Positions 57,500 through 64,000 of a DNA stretch of 64,000 nt are shown piece by piece. Source of the stretch: a virus. The DNA lies in IMG/VR virus record IMGVR_UViG_3300046777_002520, positions 64,001 through 128,000 of that record; one strand, written 5' to 3'. Each line of letters begins with the position of its first letter. The first letter of the stretch is position 1. Under the pieces are notes generated by a model, which saw only the letters and a list, made by a program, of their open reading frames with translations, was not told where the DNA came from and did not search any database. The translations under genes were made by a program, and so were the position numbers.

Positions 57500-59956
57500 A
57501 TGCTTTCCAAGAACACACGTCAGCAGCTTGAAGAATGCCGCAAACTGATGCGCGACCACTCTCCGCTTGAGAAGCTGGCTGCTCTGGGTGGCGACGGCAA
57601 CGACAGCCAGTTCGAGCAGTCGTTCTCGAACCTCGCCCACGCTTTCATCAAGGACAAGGCCCCCTCGCTGCTCGACTACGAGGTCGGCTTTCAGCTGATG
57701 GACCGCAATGACGACAACACCAAGGCTGTCGGCATCTTCGGTTTCAAGGTCGGCGGTCAGTGGCTCTATGCTCCCGTGTTCTTCCTGAACGGCGACATGA
57801 AGGGCACCGAGCTGCTGTACCTCAAGGACCAGGACCAGTTCGTGCCCCTGAAGGAGAACTGGCTGAACTACATTCTGCAGCGCAAGCCCAACGTCATGGG
57901 CTCGGAGACGGGCCGCAACCTGCAGCAGCTGGGCGTGCTGTCTCCCGACCTGCAGGCTTTCTCCCGTCCTCCTGCCAAGTTCGCCTCGGCAGGCGGCATG
58001 GAAGCTGGCGAGTCCGCTTTCGCTTACTTCGCCACCAGCAACCCCCTGTCCGACGACAAGTACAAGGATGTGCGCACGCTGCCTGAGTTCCTGAAGGAAG
58101 CGGGCCTGAGCACCGTCAAGTCGCTGATTCAGGGCATGGAGGCTTACCCTGCCGTCGCTGAGGCCGTCGAGAAGATCTACGGCAAGGAGACGATCAAGCA
58201 GGCCATCGCCGCAGCTGCTGCCAACGAGAAGGAAGCTGGCAAGAAGGTGCGCTGGATCAAGCAGAAGGAATACGGCCGTCAGGAGGACGAGGACGATTCT
58301 CCCCAGAAGCCCAAGGGCGTGCTGGAAGCCTACAACGGCAGCGTCGAAAACAAGATCATGCGCGAGAAGGCCTCGGCCATCGCCATTCTTACCGTTAAGA
58401 CCGTCGTCCAGCGCGGCATCGGCTTCGAGCCCACCGACAAGGAACTGGAAGACATCGCCACCGAGGGTGTGTCGATTCGCGACGAGCGCCCCGACGCCTC
58501 GGTTGCCTACGAGGTCCAGACGCCCCTGAACCTCACAAACCCTCCAGAGACCGGGGTTTACGACATACTGTGCAAGCCCAGCGCCTTCTGCAAGGGCCTG
58601 GTCATCGTCGGTCCCCAAGGCCCCAAGGGCACGGTCGGCTTCTCCACTGTCATCGACCTCGACGACAAGAAGTGGACCAATTTGCACCAGGCCCACGTCT
58701 GGACTCGCGAGCGTGGCGTGCAGGAAGACGAGCTGCGCAAGCTGCACGACGAGCTGCCCGAGCTGACGCCTGCCTCTTTGAAAGAAGACGGGCTGTATGT
58801 CATCGTGGGCGGCAACCGTGAGGGCACGCTGCCCTTCAGGGTCAAGGAAGTCTGCGACAAGGACGACGCCTGCTCCAGCTTCAAGGTGGACTTCATGGAC
58901 TACGCTGGCGCTCCGCGTCCAGCGAACCTGCCCAAGCTAAACAGTAAGGAAACTTATTGGGGCTACGGCTCTGATGCCCATCCTTACGGCTGCGGCTGCT
59001 CGGCTATTCTGCACCTGACCAACAAGACAGGCGGCAGAATGCGCAACATGCACAACGAGCTGTATGTGCCCCAGGGTTACAAGGTTATCAAGATCGACGA
59101 GAAGGCCGACGAGTACGGCCACATGGACAGGGGCGAGAAGCCTGCCATTCAGTACGGCAACCTGCTGGATGTCCAGAAGGCTGTTTACGAGAAGACGGCT
59201 GGGCTGGAAGTGCGCCACACCGGTTCCGTGGTCAACATCAACGGCAGGGACTTCGACAAGGTCGCCGCCGTCGTGCATCTGGTCCAGGACTGGATGCTGC
59301 GCGAGGGTCAGGCCAAGGCGATAGTAAAAGCCGCCTCCGACAAGAAGGCGGTCAGATACCGTGTCGCCTTCCCAGAAGGCTACGAGTCGATCATCAAGGT
59401 CGCCGCCCCTGGCGACATGATGGACCCGAGAATGGTAGCGACCACAGGCGCTCCTCCGTTCCCGTCGCCTCCCAGCGGTCTGGAGCAGACGATGCTGGGC
59501 AGCGTCCAGTCGATCTATCCGCAGCAGGAAGCCCTGCCCGTCATGCCCTCCTCGGTCAACCTGGTCGGCAACGAGCAGGTTTACGACCCCAGACTGCCCG
59601 ATCCCAAGACCATGGCGCTCGGCTATCAAGCCGCCCAGTCCGGTCAGAAGGAAGTGTTTGACACCAGCATGGTCGGCTCGCTGCTCAAGAACGTGCGCAG
59701 CGACTCCATGGTGGACAAGTACCTGGGCGATCTGATGAAGGGCATGGACCGCATCGGACGCATTCTCTTCTCGTTCTACTGGCACGGCGAGGAGATGCAG
59801 GACCGCTACGGCAAGAAGGACATGCCCGAACTGGAAGAGTCGCTGCGCAACGCCTTCGAGGCTGTCGGTGACGTGGTGCTGTTCCTGAAGCAGAAGACCG
59901 TGGAGCCGTTCCCCGAGGAAGGCTTCAACTCAGACCTGTCCGACACCGCTGGCTGA
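57500..59956 (+). CDS. Large hypothetical protein (818 aa) with K-x-A motifs
   Basis: Long ORF with strongly biased, GC-rich codon usage like the RNAP genes; EKLA, KFAS, EKTA, KVAA. Confidence 0.8.
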   Translation: MLSKNTRQQLEECRKLMRDHSPLEKLAALGGDGNDSQFEQSFSNLAHAFIKDKAPSLLDYEVGFQLMDRNDDNTKAVGIFGFKVGGQWLYAPVFFLNGDMKGTELLYLKDQDQFVPLKENWLNYILQRKPNVMGSETGRNLQQLGVLSPDLQAFSRPPAKFASAGGMEAGESAFAYFATSNPLSDDKYKDVRTLPEFLKEAGLSTVKSLIQGMEAYPAVAEAVEKIYGKETIKQAIAAAAANEKEAGKKVRWIKQKEYGRQEDEDDSPQKPKGVLEAYNGSVENKIMREKASAIAILTVKTVVQRGIGFEPTDKELEDIATEGVSIRDERPDASVAYEVQTPLNLTNPPETGVYDILCKPSAFCKGLVIVGPQGPKGTVGFSTVIDLDDKKWTNLHQAHVWTRERGVQEDELRKLHDELPELTPASLKEDGLYVIVGGNREGTLPFRVKEVCDKDDACSSFKVDFMDYAGAPRPANLPKLNSKETYWGYGSDAHPYGCGCSAILHLTNKTGGRMRNMHNELYVPQGYKVIKIDEKADEYGHMDRGEKPAIQYGNLLDVQKAVYEKTAGLEVRHTGSVVNINGRDFDKVAAVVHLVQDWMLREGQAKAIVKAASDKKAVRYRVAFPEGYESIIKVAAPGDMMDPRMVATTGAPPFPSPPSGLEQTMLGSVQSIYPQQEALPVMPSSVNLVGNEQVYDPRLPDPKTMALGYQAAQSGQKEVFDTSMVGSLLKNVRSDSMVDKYLGDLMKGMDRIGRILFSFYWHGEEMQDRYGKKDMPELEESLRNAFEAVGDVVLFLKQKTVEPFPEEGFNSDLSDTAG

Positions 59957-59968
59957 TAGGAGTTTACG

Positions 59969-60409
59969 ATGCGTATCTACGAAAGACGTCTTTGCAGCCT
60001 GTCTGCTCCGCTGGGTCAAACCACCTGCTGGCAGATCGGCTTTCCACCCGAAGCGTCCATCAAGCGTGTGATTGTCAAGCAGACGGGCGGCACCGCTGCC
60101 AACTTCAAGATCATCGTTTTCAACGCGCTGCACGCCTGCCAGCCAGGAACCAGCTCGGACGGTGATCCTGACGGACCTTCGGGACCGCTGAAATGCGTTT
60201 CCGACCCCGACCTGTACGTGGTGTTCCCAGAGACGAGCGGCACGTCGGGCGAGCTGCTGCAGATCTCTGACAGCGTCGGTCGCTCCTTCCGCAACCAGGA
60301 CGGCACATACACGCTGCCCGTGCGCAAGATTTATCTTCAGATCACACCAGAAGGCAGCGGCGACGCTACCTGGGACGTGCTCATTGGCGGGGATACGGAC
60401 GTCAGCTGA
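59969..60409 (+). CDS. Beta-rich hypothetical protein
   Basis: AGGAG RBS; 146 aa. Confidence 0.7.
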   Translation: MRIYERRLCSLSAPLGQTTCWQIGFPPEASIKRVIVKQTGGTAANFKIIVFNALHACQPGTSSDGDPDGPSGPLKCVSDPDLYVVFPETSGTSGELLQISDSVGRSFRNQDGTYTLPVRKIYLQITPEGSGDATWDVLIGGDTDVS

Positions 60410-61368
60410 TGCTTGTAAACCTCACGCGGGACAATCCGCAACGGCCTCCAGATTGGCGTTGGCTCAAGGCTTCCAAGTACACGGACGCAAACCGTGTCAT
60501 ACCAAGAAGCCACAGAGACAGGCATATCTGGGAGGCCGTTGAGTTTGCGCAGCGGCTGCGGGATCTTCCCACCAACCAGGAGGAAGCCGCTTTTGAGATG
60601 GTCGGACTGTCTGTGGACTTTCCAGAAATCTCACAGGCTTACGACATCTACGACAACACGGGACCAAACGGATTCAGATGGGAGCTGGAAGCAAGAATAC
60701 TGGCTAATGAGTCGTTTGAGGAGATATCCAAGAAGTCCAGTACTTCTGTAGCTGTTCTGGAAACATACGAGAACCTGTTCTTTAACGTATTGGATCGGCT
60801 TGAAGCTTGGACATGGGTTCTTAACTGCGTCATAGGTCGGTCAGTACACGCTGGTATGACCGAAAGAGACTATGACCTTCTATGGAAGTTGTATGGCTAC
60901 GTAGGTGGTCCTTTCTTTGTAGACATTCTGACTAACAAGACAGGTATGCACGAGAAAGTCAAACCTAAATCAATACAAGAAGCCCTTAATATGATGCGCG
61001 ATTCTACTGAAACTAACGCTACTGTTGTGGCAGCAAAAGGGTTTACTCTTACTCCTGTCAACAGTTTTACTATTGCTGGTTTAATTGCAATAGAGCAAAA
61101 CTATAGACAGATAACCAAGGAGTCTGCTGGTATCTCTGCTGCTCAGAATTGGCTGCAGCTGGCTGGCTCTGTTATGTCGCGTTTGCCACACTGTTCTGGA
61201 AATGATAAGATAAACCAACCTGTGTTGAATGCGCTAAGAGAAAAGTATGACAATACACCTGCTGAGTTGAGAGCACACGAAGCTATCTTAGTGGCTAATG
61301 GAGAAACGCTACAAGGTATTGAAAACGAAAGGCTACCAGAGCCAGAGGCTAAAGATGGCAATGAGTAG
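60409..61368 (+). CDS. Hypothetical protein
   Basis: TGATG overlap; 319 aa. Confidence 0.7.
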   Translation: MLVNLTRDNPQRPPDWRWLKASKYTDANRVIPRSHRDRHIWEAVEFAQRLRDLPTNQEEAAFEMVGLSVDFPEISQAYDIYDNTGPNGFRWELEARILANESFEEISKKSSTSVAVLETYENLFFNVLDRLEAWTWVLNCVIGRSVHAGMTERDYDLLWKLYGYVGGPFFVDILTNKTGMHEKVKPKSIQEALNMMRDSTETNATVVAAKGFTLTPVNSFTIAGLIAIEQNYRQITKESAGISAAQNWLQLAGSVMSRLPHCSGNDKINQPVLNALREKYDNTPAELRAHEAILVANGETLQGIENERLPEPEAKDGNE

Positions 61369-62761
61369 GTTGAGCAAACAAGCCGAGCAGCGTCTGACCG
61401 AGGCCCTTGAGAAAGTGGCCACGTTGGTGTCTGAGGGAGAACATCCCAACGATGCCATTGTCAAAGTCGCCAGCGACGGTGGCATTCCAGCAGGTCACGT
61501 CAACCTGATGGTCACGGCCTTCAACACGGGCCGCACTGAGACGCAGCGCAAGATCGGCCAGGACATCTTCGAGAAGTCTGCCGAGTTTGATCTCGCTGAC
61601 GCCGAAGAGATCCTCAACCGAATGTACCCCAAGGAAGTGAAGTCGGCAGCCGCAGCACGGCTGTCGTCTGTCGTTTCCGAGGAGTATGCAGCGCCGCCCA
61701 CGTGGCATCGCGACAGCATCAAGAAGGCCACCTTCAACCAGGAGCTGCCTCCCCTGACCACCAGGGCTGGCACCGTGGTCAAGAGCGTGGAGCCTCTGCC
61801 TGCCGATCCCGTGCTGGCGATGAAGAAGGCCCACTGCCAGGCAGCCGACACCCGTCGCGAGCTGGAGAACCGCCGCGCCGAGGTCTCCAACCTGCAGGAC
61901 AACCTGATCAGCTCGATCACCAAGCTGGCCGAGTACTTCCGTCAGCCTGGCTGCGAGCCGTACCTGGGCGTGAAGGGCAACATGGTGCGCCTGTTCGACA
62001 AGAAGGCGTCCGCTCTGTTCAAGATGCTGGAAACCCGCAATCCCAGGCTGATCAAGCAGGCTGGCGACGGCAGCGAGTTCTACTCGCTGGTCAACTTCCA
62101 GAAGGAGCCGTACGCTCTGGTGCGCAAGTGCCTGACCGAGGCCGAGGTCCTGGTCGAGAAGCAGGCCTCCTTCAACGAGTTCGAGAAGCAGGCCAAGGCG
62201 CAGATCGAGGAAAAGCTGCTCCCTTTTGCCCAAAGCCAGGACCCATCAAGAACACCTGGGGTCCTGGCGTCTGTTGAGAAGACCGCAGCCGATCTGTTCG
62301 GCCTGGCTTCTCCGTTCAGCGCCTCCAGCACCATGCTGGGCTTTGACTCGGCTGCCGACAGGCTCAACAAGGCCATCGGTGCCGAGATTGCCGAATCCCA
62401 GCTTGGGACCAAGCAGAAAGCTCTTGGCAAGGTCATGAGCGAGCTGGAAGACCCCAAGCACATCGGCAAGCTGCGCAATCTGCAGGCTTCGTCGCTGCTG
62501 ACAGGGCTTATGGCCAACGATGACGTCATCAGCGGTTACGACCCTGAGGAAGTCATGGGCCACTACAACGAGCTGAGCCAGATCGCTCCGCGAGCCGCCC
62601 TGCATGAGGGCATCATGCGCGCCATGCTGCGACGCAGGCTGGCTGGCGGCAGCAGCGCCATTGATCCGTACGAGATCGGTGAGGTTCTCAAGTTCGAGAA
62701 CCAGCTCAAGGAGCGCGACACCGATCCTTACAAGAAGAAATCCCCTCCTGGCGTCATCTGA
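61361..62761 (+). CDS. Helical hypothetical protein very rich in K-x-A motifs (start 61355 or 61361)
   Basis: KQAE, KVAT, KVAS, KSAE, KSAA, KLAE, KQAG, KQAS, KQAK, KTAA. Confidence 0.75.
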   Translation: MSRLSKQAEQRLTEALEKVATLVSEGEHPNDAIVKVASDGGIPAGHVNLMVTAFNTGRTETQRKIGQDIFEKSAEFDLADAEEILNRMYPKEVKSAAAARLSSVVSEEYAAPPTWHRDSIKKATFNQELPPLTTRAGTVVKSVEPLPADPVLAMKKAHCQAADTRRELENRRAEVSNLQDNLISSITKLAEYFRQPGCEPYLGVKGNMVRLFDKKASALFKMLETRNPRLIKQAGDGSEFYSLVNFQKEPYALVRKCLTEAEVLVEKQASFNEFEKQAKAQIEEKLLPFAQSQDPSRTPGVLASVEKTAADLFGLASPFSASSTMLGFDSAADRLNKAIGAEIAESQLGTKQKALGKVMSELEDPKHIGKLRNLQASSLLTGLMANDDVISGYDPEEVMGHYNELSQIAPRAALHEGIMRAMLRRRLAGGSSAIDPYEIGEVLKFENQLKERDTDPYKKKSPPGVI

Positions 62762-62773
62762 GTAGGAGCTGTC

Positions 62774-64000
62774 ATGGACCTCGAAAAAGTTGCTTCCGAA
62801 CTGGCTCAAAAGGCTGTTGCCGTCCGTAACTCTGACACGCGACTGGCTCCTGGCGAATACCCAGCCTGGGCCTCTGAGTTCAAAAAGCTGGCCGAGGAGC
62901 ACTACGCCGAGCTCGGCCTGGCCAAGGAAGCAGCTGGCGAGGACTACAACCCGTACAGCCGCTACGACCAGGCTGTGCAGGGCAATGAGGTCCTGTCCAA
63001 CCCTCTGGTGCGCAACGCGCTGGTGACTGGCGGTCTTGGCGCGGGTGTCGGCGCTCTGGGCTCGCTGGCGTCTAATCTCCTGTCCAAAAAGAGGAAAAAG
63101 CGCTATCTGTCTGACGCTCTGTCGGCTGGCCTGATGGGCGGCTTGGCAGGCGGTGTGGGTGGCGCTGGTTACACAGCTTTGACCGACAACAAGGCCACCA
63201 ACGATCTTGTCGGGCAGGTCAGCAAGGCTTTGGGTGGCACCAAGCCGCCTCCAGCCAACCGTAACGCTGCTCTGGAAGGCGAGAGAGCCGCCATCGAAGA
63301 CAAGACCATGGGTCAACTTAACCCAGCGCTTGCTAAGGCTCAAACATTCGGCAATATGGCAGCCGCAGGCGTGGGCCTCAAAAAGCCTGTGACTGCTTTG
63401 GGTAAAGGATTGGCAACTGGTCAATTCACCACGACGGCTGACACAGCCAAAATGCTCAGCCACGCTGAGCAGCAGCTGAACGCTTTCAGAGACTCGCTGG
63501 CTGATAGCAGCAAAAAAGGTTTGCCGACAGGCAACAGGCAAGCGATATTCAATGACTTTTTGAAAGAACACAATCTTGTTGATACCAATGGCGTTATCAA
63601 GGTCAAAGACCCCAGACACCTGTCAGCTGCGCTGCAGGATCTTAAAAATCTAAACTCAAGAACAGAGGCACCGCCAACGCCTATACCCCCTGCAGCACCA
63701 AGCGCCTCAGGCAGAAGACTAAGTAAACCAATCGACACCAATACTTTGCTGCACAATATCATGGGGACAAACGCTTCCCCCACTTCGGCTACCCTGACCA
63801 CAGGAGCTAGTCCTGGTGTTCTGCAGTCGTTCAGCAACCCTGAGCTGGCTGCACGCAGACTCAACGCTATGACTAGAGGCGGTGCCTTGAGCGCCGCTGA
63901 AGCGGCTAATTTTATAAACCAAGGCTATGCAAAGCCTTCTCCTGCACTCGTTTCATTGTCCAACAACCCTCCTGGCGCTAAAAGCTACAGATTTTATGAT
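62774..64000 (+). CDS. Glycine-zipper hairpin protein, 3'-truncated (absent from ORF track)
   Basis: AGGAG RBS, ATG 62774, open to the window end. MDLEKVAS...KKLA...AKEAA, then GGLGAGVGALG...KKRKKR...GLMGGLAGGVGGAG. Confidence 0.8.
   Translation, partial: MDLEKVASELAQKAVAVRNSDTRLAPGEYPAWASEFKKLAEEHYAELGLAKEAAGEDYNPYSRYDQAVQGNEVLSNPLVRNALVTGGLGAGVGALGSLASNLLSKKRKKRYLSDALSAGLMGGLAGGVGGAGYTALTDNKATNDLVGQVSKALGGTKPPPANRNAALEGERAAIEDKTMGQLNPALAKAQTFGNMAAAGVGLKKPVTALGKGLATGQFTTTADTAKMLSHAEQQLNAFRDSLADSSKKGLPTGNRQAIFNDFLKEHNLVDTNGVIKVKDPRHLSAALQDLKNLNSRTEAPPTPIPPAAPSASGRRLSKPIDTNTLLHNIMGTNASPTSATLTTGASPGVLQSFSNPELAARRLNAMTRGGALSAAEAANFINQGYAKPSPALVSLSNNPPGAKSYRFYD

Noticed and set aside
44509-63619. 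Long antisense ORFs (44509..45603, 51982..52968, 57479..58747, 58937..59785, 61349..62233, 62246..63619)
   Set aside because: They lie opposite well-supported GC-rich genes whose codon bias suppresses antisense stops, and their translations lack motifs.

Overview
This 64 kb window is a gene-dense, almost entirely plus-strand segment of a large dsDNA bacteriophage (jumbo-phage-like). The genetic code is standard, and no tRNA, rRNA or CRISPR array was seen. A Planctomycetota-like host is only a weak inference. Four modules are visible. (1) 1-15.2 kb: virion fibre/adhesin genes with long Gly-X-Thr collagen-like repeats, an Asp-box propeller, C1q-like and LamG domains, and poly-Ser/Thr stalks. 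(2) 15.2-25.3 kb: a glycosylation cluster of about six glycosyltransferase ORFs, three SAM methyltransferase domains and a HAD-like protein. (3) 25.3-37.2 kb: accessory and metabolic genes, including papain-like C1 and C39 peptidases, a 2H-phosphoesterase-like protein, PhoH, an ECF-like sigma factor, an intein-containing class II ribonucleotide reductase on the minus strand, and a candidate ~240-nt structured RNA with its own sigma70-type promoter. (4) 37.3-64 kb: a multisubunit RNA polymerase (beta fused to the N-half of beta', with a separate beta' C-half and both Zn sites apparently lost), an SF2 helicase and about 15 unannotated proteins. Those proteins share a recurrent K-x-A motif at module boundaries, and many carry paired glycine-zipper hydrophobic hairpins. 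The most promising undescribed system is this K-x-A-delimited, putatively protease-processed, membrane-active protein set. All family assignments come from motif recognition by eye, not from database searches.
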